From: a virus
Virus record (IMG/VR): IMGVR_UViG_3300042197_002243
DNA length: 64,000 bases
Reading direction: 5' to 3' (one strand)
Positions 1 to 9,265 of the stretch are shown one piece after another. Under the pieces are notes generated by a model. The model was given only the letters and a program-made list of their open reading frames with translations, had not been told where the DNA came from and did not search any database. Positions within the stretch are counted from its first letter, which is position 1, and the number at the start of each line of letters is the position of its first letter. The translations under genes were made by a program, and so were the position numbers.

Positions 1-2010
1 TTTAATAATAAAACTCTTTTGCTTTTTCCAATCATTTTGAATTGTCAAGTAATCTTTATCTGAAGTTGAATGATAAAGACTAACAAAACGATGAATGTTG
101 CGTCCTTCAAGAACACGAATACCAATAAAGTTTACAGAAGGAAACTTATCCTTCAAATTACGAAGAAGAACATCAGTAAATTGATGATATCCAAAATCAA
201 TTTTGTAATTTGTACCAAGTTTACGATCACGAAGGAAAGTCAAACCGTTAGATGTTCCACGAACGCCCAAGTAAGGTTCAGATTCCCATCCACGTTTCAC
301 TTCAACATGATATGGAAGATGATTGGATTCACCATCAGTCAAAACAATACATTGAACTTTCTGAAGTTTATTTTCTTTTTGAAAAGTTGGAAGAATTTGA
401 TGAAGAGAAATAAGTGCCTCATTCAAAGGAGTTCCTGAAAGAGCCAGACGATGTGGAAAAGTAAATGGGCAATGATACATATTTGAAAAACTAGAAGCCA
501 AACGCCAAATATTATTCATCTGATGTTCGAGATCTTTTCCATATACTTTGCTGGTAAGAAGATTCATCATAGAAAACGTTTCATCAATACAAAAAACATA
601 TTCTTTTTTCTCATAGTGTGGGGTAAGATCACAAGACTTATAGGTTCGATTATCATAATCATACTCGCGGCGACGCCACTCATTTGTAAAGGCATAAACC
701 TCAAAAGGAATCGAAACTTTCTTACAAAACCAAACAAGATTGAAGAGTTGCTTGACGGTATCCAACATCACGTCACACATTGAACCAGACCAGTCCAGAA
801 CAAACACCAGACCATGGTTTTTTCCATCTGCAAGAGTGGTCACTTTTTTGAACAGATCTTCGTTGTATTTGTAGGTATGAAGTTTGGAACAGTCCAGCAC
901 ACCAGTGCGAGCAGTTGTAGCGCGGGCATAGGAGTCCGCAGCTTTTTTACACTCAAACTCTTTCACCAGATAGTTGACTTCCTTTTGTGCAGATTGTTTG
1001 AATTTTTTAAATTCTAAATCTACAGTCTCAAACAGGTTCATAGATTTGAACTTGTTTTCTTCAGCATGTTCATTGTGCATTTCTTGTTGTTTGGAAAAAC
1101 ACAAGTCAATATCATTATGGACCACACTATTTTTTGCAATTACCGTATCAAGATTTAATTTAGTAACTTCGACATAAACATTTTCCCAAGCGTCTTCTTT
1201 TACAAGATTACGAAGATTTTCTTCCAAAGAATCTGCTGTACGAACTTCTGGTTCATAATTATCACCAGCAGAATTTTCCATCTCAATCTGATCACCATCA
1301 ACTGATTGTCCACTAGAATTTTCAGTATTCTGTGAACTAGAATCATTTTCTTCTTGATCAAAAGAAGAATCATCACCTTCTACAATATTACTTGCAGGAG
1401 ATTGAGAATTTGATTGTTGTTTAGGAGATTCTTGATTTTCAATCTTTTTTTCTTCTTCTTTCTTTTTTTTACAATACTTATAGAGCTCTTCTGCAGCAAT
1501 CAGAACATCGGCAAAGGTCTCAGTATCGGCAATCAGATTGATAATCTCAGTTTCTTCACCGCGATCAACAGGAATATCTACATAGTTACCAATCTTGAAC
1601 CACAAGTTCGCACGGTCGGCAAGATTCATCTTGCTCACATCTTCTTCTCCAATCTGAAAGAAGTCATCATCGGCAAGTTCTTTATAACCGCTGAAGAAAG
1701 TCTTTGCCAAGCCTGGATAACGACGCTTCATCAGTTTCTCGATGCGAGCATCCTCAACCACATTCACAAACTGTGGCGGAATCTTGTGTTCCACCAACCA
1801 ATCCTCATCAGGAGTATAGAGCGCATGACCCACCTCATGACCCACCAGGAGGTCATACACAGTGTTGCTTGCCTTTTCCCACATCGGCAAAGTCAGCACA
1901 CGGGTATGAACGTTGAAGCAAGCAGTCTCAACATTCTTGTGCTCAACCACAAGGTCTTCAGTGGCAAGAAGTTTAGCAAGTTGGGACTTGATTTCGTGCG
2001 AGATAGCCAT
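1..2010 (-). CDS. HEXXH metallopeptidase-like / vWA (CobT-like) protein, 3' end runs off the window
   Basis: Not in the ORF track. Partly translated by hand from the ATG at 2010: MAISHEIKSQLAKLLATEDLVVEH...LVGHEVGHALYT (HEXXH), then an acidic linker, then GLVFVLDWSGSM (MIDAS DxSxS) near 780-815. This gene typically follows g46 in cyanomyoviruses. Confidence 0.8.
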   Translation of the reverse strand, partial: MAISHEIKSQLAKLLATEDLVVEHKNVETACFNVHTRVLTLPMWEKASNTVYDLLVGHEVGHALYTPDEDWLVEHKIPPQFVNVVEDARIEKLMKRRYPGLAKTFFSGYKELADDDFFQIGEEDVSKMNLADRANLWFKIGNYVDIPVDRGEETEIINLIADTETFADVLIAAEELYKYCKKKKEEEKKIENQESPKQQSNSQSPASNIVEGDDSSFDQEENDSSSQNTENSSGQSVDGDQIEMENSAGDNYEPEVRTADSLEENLRNLVKEDAWENVYVEVTKLNLDTVIAKNSVVHNDIDLCFSKQQEMHNEHAEENKFKSMNLFETVDLEFKKFKQSAQKEVNYLVKEFECKKAADSYARATTARTGVLDCSKLHTYKYNEDLFKKVTTLADGKNHGLVFVLDWSGSMCDVMLDTVKQLFNLVWFCKKVSIPFEVYAFTNEWRRREYDYDNRTYKSCDLTPHYEKKEYVFCIDETFSMMNLLTSKVYGKDLEHQMNNIWRLASSFSNMYHCPFTFPHRLALSGTPLNEALISLHQILPTFQKENKLQKVQCIVLTDGESNHLPYHVEVKRGWESEPYLGVRGTSNGLTFLRDRKLGTNYKIDFGYHQFTDVLLRNLKDKFPSVNFIGIRVLEGRNIHRFVSLYHSTSDKDYLTIQNDWKKQKSFIIK

Positions 2011-2019
2011 GGGTTTGTT

Positions 2020-2178
2020 TCAGATGAGGCCATAATACGACGAAGGGTTGCCTTTTGAGCAACCCATGTGACGCTTTTTGAACTGGGCAAGTCGTGCCTT
2101 TGCCTGGCGCAATGCTTGCGGTTTCAGTTTTCGCTTTTGTTCTTTTTTAGAGTGGTGTTGCCAGTTTGGAGTGTTCAT
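2020..2178 (-). CDS. small basic hypothetical protein (52 aa)
   Basis: Manual translation MNTPNWQHHSKKEQKRKLKPQALRQAKARLAQFKKRHMGCSKGNPSSYYGLI; fills the gap between g46 and the peptidase gene. Confidence 0.6.
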   Translation of the reverse strand: MNTPNWQHHSKKEQKRKLKPQALRQAKARLAQFKKRHMGCSKGNPSSYYGLI

Positions 2179-2191
2179 TGTTCTATGGCAG

Positions 2192-3904
2192 TCAGGCTAC
2201 CATACTAGAAAAACCTTTGAGTTTTTCGAATCGAAGGACACTTTCGAATCTGTCCTCCAATCCAGACTTGTGAGAAATCACAAAAACATTTACGTTAGTA
2301 ATCACATAACGAATAATCTTAAGAAACTCTTCAGTTCCAAATCCATCAAGAGAGGAATCAAACACTTCATCCATGATTAAAAGATTTGTATTGACCGAAT
2401 TTTTAAATCGAGCAACTTCCCGCCACGTAAAGAGAAGAGATAAATCAATTCTCATCTTTTCTCCTTCACTAAAAGAGGCATAAGAAAAATCTTCATGAAT
2501 TGGAGACTGAACGGTTTCGTTGAACTCTTCATCAAGAGTAAAATTAATATAAAAGTCCATCATTTGAAGGAACTTATTAACCTGCTGATTGATCAGAGGA
2601 AGATACTTCTTGATGATTTGAGATTTAACTCCACCGTCTTTGAGCAGACTATACGAAAAATCGTAATGTCTGATAGTGTCTTTTTTAGAAGCGAGCTCGT
2701 CGTATGTGGTTTTTAAATTGTCTTTGAAGGATTCTAATTTTTCATGTTCAGAATTTCTGTTTGCAAGGTTCTCGGTAATAGTTTGAATTTCAGATTCAAG
2801 ATCTCTGATTTGTCTCTGACATCCAGCGATCTTAGTATTGTTTTGAGAAATGCCATGCGTTAGTTTAGTGATCTCCTTCGATAGTTCTATAAATTGACGC
2901 TCTCGCTTCTCTTCTTCTTTGATTGCTTCCTCTAACTCTTTATAGCCGGATTGCAACTCCTTTGCTTTATCTTGAGCGTCTGCAATTCTATTTAACCGAA
3001 ATTCTTCCTCAATCGTTTGGGTGCAAGTAGGGCAGACCGTATTTTCTGTGAAAAACTTATGCTCTGAAGTAATTGCGGATACTTTTTGCGAGATCTTTCC
3101 TTTGAGACTTCCCAACTTACGAAGCTTGTCTGTTGCTCCAATATAGTTTTCTAGTTGTTTTTCCGATAATTGACATTTATTAGAAATCTCGATATTTTCA
3201 TCCATATAATTGCCAACTTCAATATCTAACTTGGCAATCTTTTCTTTATTGGTATTAATATTGGCATTACCACGATTCTCCAACTCTTCGATAAAGTTTT
3301 GCTGCATCTCAACTTTATCTTTCAAGTTTTCTTTTTTCAATTCTAGAGTTTTGATTTCTTCCCTGAGTTGACGAATTTTTTCCTTAATTACAACATTCAT
3401 CGACGAAAAGATCTTAATGTCTAAAAGATCTTCAATCACTTCTCTGCGATTTGCAGCTGACAATTGCATGAACGGAACAAAAGTACTTGAACCCAAAATC
3501 ACAATTTGAGTAAAAGACTTGTAGTTCATTTTAAGAACATTTTGTTCCAACCATCTTTGTTGATCTGATGTAGCGGATGATTGATCCAACAAAGAATCAT
3601 TTCTATAAATTTCAAAAAGATTTGGTTTAATTCCTCGGACAATTTTCCAATTTGTTGTTCCGATCGAAAACTCTACCTCAACTAAACAGTCCTTTTCATT
3701 TACACTATTGATTAGTTGTGGTTTATTAATTTTGCGAAAAGGTTTTCCAAACAGAGAAAAAGTAAGTGCATCCAACACAGTACTTTTTCCAGCACCATTT
3801 GATCCAACAATCAATGTTGTGTTGTGTTTTTGAAAATTAATTTCTGTAAATTGATTGCCAGTAGAAAGAAAATTTTTCCAGCGAATCTTTTCAAATAAAA
3901 TCAT
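2192..3904 (-). CDS. g46: recombination endonuclease subunit gp46 (Rad50/SbcC-like ATPase)
   Basis: Walker A GSNGAGKS, CPTC zinc hook, FSEGE signature, LLIMDE Walker B, coiled coils. Confidence 0.97.
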   Translation of the reverse strand: MILFEKIRWKNFLSTGNQFTEINFQKHNTTLIVGSNGAGKSTVLDALTFSLFGKPFRKINKPQLINSVNEKDCLVEVEFSIGTTNWKIVRGIKPNLFEIYRNDSLLDQSSATSDQQRWLEQNVLKMNYKSFTQIVILGSSTFVPFMQLSAANRREVIEDLLDIKIFSSMNVVIKEKIRQLREEIKTLELKKENLKDKVEMQQNFIEELENRGNANINTNKEKIAKLDIEVGNYMDENIEISNKCQLSEKQLENYIGATDKLRKLGSLKGKISQKVSAITSEHKFFTENTVCPTCTQTIEEEFRLNRIADAQDKAKELQSGYKELEEAIKEEEKRERQFIELSKEITKLTHGISQNNTKIAGCQRQIRDLESEIQTITENLANRNSEHEKLESFKDNLKTTYDELASKKDTIRHYDFSYSLLKDGGVKSQIIKKYLPLINQQVNKFLQMMDFYINFTLDEEFNETVQSPIHEDFSYASFSEGEKMRIDLSLLFTWREVARFKNSVNTNLLIMDEVFDSSLDGFGTEEFLKIIRYVITNVNVFVISHKSGLEDRFESVLRFEKLKGFSSMVA

Positions 3905-4160
3905 GGTGTGGTGGTGGAACTACGATGTCGTCTTGTGTGATCAAAGTATATCTACAATCTTGTATTTCGCAAGTCTTAAGAATTAAATCATCATCTACTT
4001 CTATAACATGCATTTCTGGAAACCCTTGTTCCTCAAGCATCATTGCAAATCTACATGCATCATCTTCTTCTACAAACAAATAGAGAATAGAATCTCCATC
4101 ATCATCTACAACCGAATATGCTCCTTGATGTTCTTTTCCTTCTATGGTTATGATAAACAT
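3891..4160 (-). CDS. conserved acidic hypothetical protein
   Basis: 89-aa ORF overlapping both g47 and g46. Confidence 0.75.
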   Translation of the reverse strand: MFIITIEGKEHQGAYSVVDDDGDSILYLFVEEDDACRFAMMLEEQGFPEMHVIEVDDDLILKTCEIQDCRYTLITQDDIVVPPPHHDFI

Positions 4161-5209
4161 TAAACCAACTCACAGGCTTCTTGATAGATTTCTTGAAGAA
4201 GTGTTTGAATAGTCGATTTGTTTAAATCCACTTCTGCTTCTTCAACATATCTATTTAAGATAGAAAGAGTATCTTCGGATTCGAAATCTGTGAGATCTTC
4301 TTTACCATACCAACCAGTAAAATCAAAGTTTTCAACTACCTTCAATTCTGAAACATTTGATGAATAAAGTTTATCGATAAATTTTTCAAACTTTTTAATA
4401 TCTGATTTTTTTCTTACGATAACTTTAACGATTTTATTTTCGTATTCTCTTGTATCAAATGTTTGGTGTGGAGTGTCCTCATAGTAGATGTTATAAAACA
4501 TTCTATACGGATTATTGATGGGAGTCAACTCCAGAGTGTCAGTATCGAAAATATGAAACCCACGAGCATCGTTTACATCATTCCAATACAGTTCATAGGG
4601 ATTTCCTAAGTAGAAGATTCTTCCATCAGTCGATCGAGTGTGATAGTGGCCCGAGAAGACATAGGTGAACTTCTCAAATAACTTGCTTTCAAGACCATGC
4701 TCCATGACGATTTGGTTATTAACTCTAAATCCTTGGAGCTCAAGGTGCCCCATCGCACACGAGCAAGTTGTATTTTGAATACGTTTGAGAGTAATTTTTT
4801 CATTTTCTGGATTAATCCAAGGTATAAACAAAAGTTTTAGTTTATCCAATTCAACTTCAGTTGCTTCAGAATAAACTTTTACATTATCATATTCTCTTAA
4901 GAGAAGATCGACAGAATTAAGGTTGTTTGTATTCTTATAATAGGTTGTATGGTTACCAACAATCGTGTGAACCGTACATCCAAGATTCTTAAGGCGATCA
5001 TAGTAATTATTTTTAGCCCATGCAAGAGCAGAAAAATCAATACCTTTACGACTATCAAAGGTATCACCCATATCCACAACTGTGGTAATACCTTCTTTTT
5101 CTAGAGTTGGAAAAAATACATTATTATAAAATTCCAGAAAAAAGTCATGAAAAAGTTTGGAGTTTTTTCTTGCTCCAAAATGCTGGTCCGTAATGATTGC
5201 GACTTTCAT
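4160..5209 (-). CDS. g47: recombination endonuclease subunit gp47 (Mre11/SbcD-like)
   Basis: Metallophosphoesterase motifs TDQHFG, GDTFD, GNH, GHYH. Confidence 0.96.
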   Translation of the reverse strand: MKVAIITDQHFGARKNSKLFHDFFLEFYNNVFFPTLEKEGITTVVDMGDTFDSRKGIDFSALAWAKNNYYDRLKNLGCTVHTIVGNHTTYYKNTNNLNSVDLLLREYDNVKVYSEATEVELDKLKLLFIPWINPENEKITLKRIQNTTCSCAMGHLELQGFRVNNQIVMEHGLESKLFEKFTYVFSGHYHTRSTDGRIFYLGNPYELYWNDVNDARGFHIFDTDTLELTPINNPYRMFYNIYYEDTPHQTFDTREYENKIVKVIVRKKSDIKKFEKFIDKLYSSNVSELKVVENFDFTGWYGKEDLTDFESEDTLSILNRYVEEAEVDLNKSTIQTLLQEIYQEACELV

Positions 5210-5704
5210 TCAGTATCTAAGTTTAGAATACACGGCATCCTTAATAGAATTATAGTCGGAATAGTTTGATCCGTCAACACCACCGTCTTCAAAAACTTCA
5301 TCAAATCCACTGCTTTCCAGAATTTTATTTTTAATTTCAAGTTGCTTTTTTTCCTTTTGAATTCTCCTCAGAAAAGCATAGTGAATAATCTGAGTGAAGT
5401 ATGCAAAAGGGTTTTGAGATTTCTGTGGATCAAAGTTATGAATATACTGAACACAGTTTTCAATACCGTCACAAATCATGTCATCCTTGAACATGTAGTT
5501 GACAAAGTTTGGTTTAAATGATAAATGTGTTGCAATCTTCAAAAAACATTCTCCAATATAATTTGGAATAGGAGGTTTTGGTTTTCCTTTAATCAATGCA
5601 ATTTCTTTATCTTCACGATACTTAATTAAAGCTGCAAGAAATTCTTTATTATTAACGTAGTGTTCTGACCTTTTTCTCTTGGTCATAATTGCTGTAGTTA
5701 TCAT
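5210..5704 (-). CDS. g55: late transcription sigma factor gp55
   Basis: HYVNNKEF, YMFKDDMICDGIENC and NPFAYFTQI motifs; lies upstream of g47. Confidence 0.96.
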   Translation of the reverse strand: MITTAIMTKRKRSEHYVNNKEFLAALIKYREDKEIALIKGKPKPPIPNYIGECFLKIATHLSFKPNFVNYMFKDDMICDGIENCVQYIHNFDPQKSQNPFAYFTQIIHYAFLRRIQKEKKQLEIKNKILESSGFDEVFEDGGVDGSNYSDYNSIKDAVYSKLRY

Positions 5705-5728
5705 TAGGGTAACTCATAATATGTATGA

Positions 5729-5757
5729 ATTATAGCATTTTTACAAATGCTTGACAA
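5729..5757 (-). promoter_or_regulatory. sigma70-type promoter for g55-g47-g46
   Basis: Minus strand TTGTCA-17 bp-TATAAT with TGn extension; AGCATTT/AAATGCT inverted repeat across the spacer. Confidence 0.8.
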
Positions 5758-5779
5758 GTAACAGAAATATGTGTAGAAT
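5751..5779 (+). promoter_or_regulatory. divergent sigma70-type promoter (antisense to the upstream late genes)
   Basis: Plus strand TTGACA-17 bp-TAGAAT; its -35 overlaps that of the g55 promoter. Confidence 0.6.
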
Positions 5780-5805
5780 ACCTTTGTCCGGGTTAAAGAT
5801 GAGGC

Positions 5806-6198
5806 TTAGCTATCTTTAAATAACTTTTCTAAGATCTCTTTAGCATCATTGATATTGGAAATATAACCCATGTTTCTGTTCAGTTTTGTTTGCTTTGTCT
5901 TTACCTTTTCAGATTGTCTGATGTAGGACTGATAGAGAGTGATCATTTGAATATCAGAAGATTCACTCATTGTAAGGATATCATCCATGTTCAGAATGAA
6001 CATGTCTTCAGTGGTTGTTTTTAACCATGGTTCTAGTTTATATCCCATAATTCCCATTCTTCCTTTGATCTCAGAAATAAGAATTGGATTTGATATTAAA
6101 AGAAGTGTTCTATCTTCTTCTTCGGTAGCGGCTACCTTAGCGAAGATTTCTTCTCCTGTTTTTAATTTGAGTGTTGCATAAAAATCGTCTTCGATCAT
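5806..6198 (-). CDS. conserved hypothetical protein (possible Sm-like fold)
   Basis: 130-aa ORF overlapping the end of uvsW; LKLKTGEEIFA N-terminus. Confidence 0.75.
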   Translation of the reverse strand: MIEDDFYATLKLKTGEEIFAKVAATEEEDRTLLLISNPILISEIKGRMGIMGYKLEPWLKTTTEDMFILNMDDILTMSESSDIQMITLYQSYIRQSEKVKTKQTKLNRNMGYISNINDAKEILEKLFKDS

Positions 6199-7673
6199 AT
6201 CTTTAACTGAATCGTGATTATATCATAATTAAAATTTTCTTCATTGTATATTTTTACTCTTTCAATAAAATGATTTAAAGTATAGTTTTTTCTTGATTTA
6301 TATGTACAATCGTCAGAGATGTCGTAGAGTACTGCTTCAGATTTATTTTTTCCTTTTCTAAGTACTCTTCCAATCGATTGTAAATTTCTAATTCTCGACT
6401 TACTGGGTGAAGCGAAGATAACATTGTGGAGTCTTTTAATATTAATACCAGTAGAAAAAGTTCCATAAGAGGCAACGATAATAGCGTTGTTTTCCCTTTC
6501 AGTAATTTCTCGAACTAACTCTCTTTCTTCAGTATCAACTCCACCATGTACAAAAAATACCTTGCGGTCGTCACTCTTATCATTATTTATCTTTTCGTAG
6601 AGTACTGCTCCGTGGGCTTCAACTCTTGCAAAAAGAACAAGTGTGTTTCCTTTTAGATCTAGTGCAAGGTTCTTAATAAATTTGTTTCTTTGTTCATGTG
6701 ATATTAAATACTGAATTTCATCCTCATAAGTTTCAAATTTTTGTGGAGGATGTTTCAAGACTAAACAGCGAATATTGAGTTGAGAAAGATGTCCTTGTCT
6801 CATCAACTCTTCAGTTTTAGTTACCTTATATGATGGTCCAAACAATCCTTCCAAAACCCACTTATGAGTTTGAGTCCCATCCAATGTTCCAGTAAAACCA
6901 AAACGATATTTTGCATGATGCAATTTTGTCATTATAGATATTAATGACTTACTCTTAAAGAGATGAGCTTCATCTCCAATGATTACATTGTAATCTTCAA
7001 AGAATGTTCGATCCAATTTATAAATTGATTGCCAAGTAGTAATTGTAATTGGATGTTCATTTGTTTTTTCTTTTCCTGCGTATATTTGATGACAGCATGA
7101 CTCAACATCCATCCCATAATCATGAAAATCCCCGTATAGTTGACTTACAAGACTGGTCGTTGGAACGACTACAAGAATTTTTTCGTTCCTATCCATATAA
7201 TAGCGCACGAGGGCGTAAATCATCAGCGATTTACCTGACGCAGTGGGACTTATCAACAACTTTCGATTATGTCGTAGGGCATCATATACTCCCTCAATTT
7301 GGTAGTCCCGAGGAGTATGTGAGCATATAGAATTCATATAATCCTTTACGCCTTCATATGATATTAGTTCGTTAACTTCGAAGGGTAATCCGTAAAATTT
7401 ATTATCTTCAAACCGATATGTGTATCCATACTGCTCACAAAAAGCAATAACCTTGTCTAAGAGACCCACGTAAATTTGTTTGGATCTCATATCAAACAGA
7501 TGAATTTCTCCATTCCAATTTCTACCACGATACTGTGGCATGAACTTTGCATTAGGAACGTCGAATTTAAAATGATCTCTTAACTCATATTCGATATGAG
7601 GTTCAGTTTGAATCTTTAAAAAAACTTCATTAGATTTAGATATAACAAGATTAGCTGCGCTCGTATGAATCAC
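6195..7673 (-). CDS. uvsW: UvsW helicase
   Basis: SF2 motifs SPTASGKS, DEAH, TGT, QSIGRVLR. Confidence 0.96.
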   Translation of the reverse strand: MIHTSAANLVISKSNEVFLKIQTEPHIEYELRDHFKFDVPNAKFMPQYRGRNWNGEIHLFDMRSKQIYVGLLDKVIAFCEQYGYTYRFEDNKFYGLPFEVNELISYEGVKDYMNSICSHTPRDYQIEGVYDALRHNRKLLISPTASGKSLMIYALVRYYMDRNEKILVVVPTTSLVSQLYGDFHDYGMDVESCCHQIYAGKEKTNEHPITITTWQSIYKLDRTFFEDYNVIIGDEAHLFKSKSLISIMTKLHHAKYRFGFTGTLDGTQTHKWVLEGLFGPSYKVTKTEELMRQGHLSQLNIRCLVLKHPPQKFETYEDEIQYLISHEQRNKFIKNLALDLKGNTLVLFARVEAHGAVLYEKINNDKSDDRKVFFVHGGVDTEERELVREITERENNAIIVASYGTFSTGINIKRLHNVIFASPSKSRIRNLQSIGRVLRKGKNKSEAVLYDISDDCTYKSRKNYTLNHFIERVKIYNEENFNYDIITIQLKI

Positions 7674-7695
7674 ATCTTTTCATTCATCTTGTTAA

Positions 7696-7703
7696 TATTT
7701 ATT
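7696..7703 (-). promoter_or_regulatory. T4-type late promoter (AATAAATA)
   Basis: Overlaps the uvsY stop codon, upstream of uvsW. Confidence 0.6.
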
Positions 7704-8139
7704 ACCCCAGTCCAGATTGGAATCTTATAAATTCAATTGCATTCTTAATTTGATACGTTCGGTTTCCAACTTGCTTTAGAATACTTTCAATATAAACAAG
7801 CATTGTTTCATAATAATCAATCTTCAAACAAACTTGAGATAGTTTTTCATCTGCATCGAGATACTTCTGCAGTGTTTCTTTATCTCGAATTTTTTTGGGA
7901 AATGGATTATCGATATAAACTTCTGGATCTGCCTTACCAGAATAATATTCATATCTTTCGTGACGAATATTTCTTTTCTGCTGCTCTGCTTTTTTTCTTA
8001 AAAGTAAAATGTTATTATAAAGTTCAAAGTATTTTGCATGAAGTGTGGGAATGTTTAAAGATTCTGTATGAAGATTATCAACATCAATCTTTGAATCTTC
8101 CTCCCACATTCTTTGTATAGTGTCGAGGTCAAAACTCAT
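7702..8139 (-). CDS. uvsY: recombination mediator UvsY
   Basis: Size, LHAKY and RTYQIKNAIEF motifs, g3-uvsY-uvsW synteny. Confidence 0.9.
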   Translation of the reverse strand: MSFDLDTIQRMWEEDSKIDVDNLHTESLNIPTLHAKYFELYNNILLLRKKAEQQKRNIRHERYEYYSGKADPEVYIDNPFPKKIRDKETLQKYLDADEKLSQVCLKIDYYETMLVYIESILKQVGNRTYQIKNAIEFIRFQSGLG

Positions 8140-8699
8140 AGTTTATTGCCATTCATATCAGTTATATCATATACAGTATACTTGAAAACTACCTCAGCAG
8201 TCAAATATTCAATATCCGTATCAGTTGCATCAAACTGTAAATTGGATATTGAATATGGCCAAAGATCTCTAAATTTTAATTTAAAATTAGGTTTACTTGA
8301 ACTCGTTAGTACATGAAGAGTTCCATCTGAATAGATGTTCATCAACTTTGTATCACTTGTGTCAACATATTCCTGTTGATTTTGTAAGGCATAGATTTCC
8401 TGTAAACTTTCTGGAAATCCAAGTCCACGAATCCAATTTTGAATTTCCATATAATTCTCAAGATTTTCATCAACCAAAAATCTGAGCGTTAAATCATCAA
8501 ACTCAATTTTATCGCCAGGAGTGTCAATATTCTTAAGATATGATGGTTGCACCGCAATTCCTAAATTGAGACCAGGAATATTTGCGGAGTTTGAAAAAAA
8601 TGCAACCTTAGGTGATCTATTTAATGTAAACTTAAAACCTACAGGAGACAAAAAGTTTCTATTTTGAATCTCCGTAGAAAATGCGTTTCCAGTAGCCAT
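8136..8699 (-). CDS. g3: tail completion / tube terminator gp3
   Basis: NFLSPVGFKF and LRFLVDENLENY motifs; gp19-like fold; position after g23. Confidence 0.88.
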   Translation of the reverse strand: MATGNAFSTEIQNRNFLSPVGFKFTLNRSPKVAFFSNSANIPGLNLGIAVQPSYLKNIDTPGDKIEFDDLTLRFLVDENLENYMEIQNWIRGLGFPESLQEIYALQNQQEYVDTSDTKLMNIYSDGTLHVLTSSSKPNFKLKFRDLWPYSISNLQFDATDTDIEYLTAEVVFKYTVYDITDMNGNKL

Positions 8700-8711
8700 T
8701 TTTATTTCTAT

Positions 8712-9188
8712 TTAGATGACTCTTTCCCATCTACTGCCAGGACCATTGTATTTTATTGATCTGCTAATACTACTTTCCAATACACCAGTTTCTATCCTGG
8801 CATCTTTCATCGAATTATAAATTTTTCCAGTTTTTCTATCTTTCACAGATACAATTCTCGATTGTCTAGTTGCCTCTTTGACGTGCTCTGGACAAGATAT
8901 TCCAAATCTTCCACCATCTCCACCTAATGTTGCGTTATAATATGGATTAAGTTTGCTTATCCAATAAATTTCTCTTTCTCCATTATTATCTTTTTTAGTT
9001 TCTTCTATAATTTCCCAAACAAAATTATTTCTACCATATTTTCTTAAAGCATTTGGAAAGGGCATATTTGTTTTTTTATTCATTGCATACCACCAATGTT
9101 TATATTCTCTAACTTTTATTGAACCTTTACATCTACCTACATAAAATTTACCATTAATTTTGTTAGTTGCTTTGTAAATATAAAACAT
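8712..9188 (-). mobile_element. free-standing GIY-YIG homing endonuclease (Seg-like)
   Basis: YIYKATNKINGKFYVG, conserved R, E and N(ATLGG); C-terminal NUMOD1-like TGKIYNSMKDA; visibly more AT-rich than g23. Confidence 0.85.
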
Positions 9189-9211
9189 ATCACCAATATT
9201 TTTAACACTAG

Positions 9212-9219
9212 TATTTATA
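9212..9219 (-). promoter_or_regulatory. T4 late promoter TATAAATA
   Basis: Perfect consensus about 25 bp upstream of the endonuclease ATG. Confidence 0.8.
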
Positions 9220-9245
9220 AAAAAAGAGACCCTTTCGGGTCTCTT
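9219..9245 (-). terminator. rho-independent terminator after g23
   Basis: GAGACCC-GAAA-GGGTCTC followed by a T run. Confidence 0.9.
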
Positions 9246-9265
9246 GTCATTAATGTAAAAATCTA

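Noticed and set aside
70-2058. Plus-strand ORFs at the left end, including the 214-aa ORF
   Set aside because: They lie antisense to the HEXXH/vWA gene, which has recognisable motifs.
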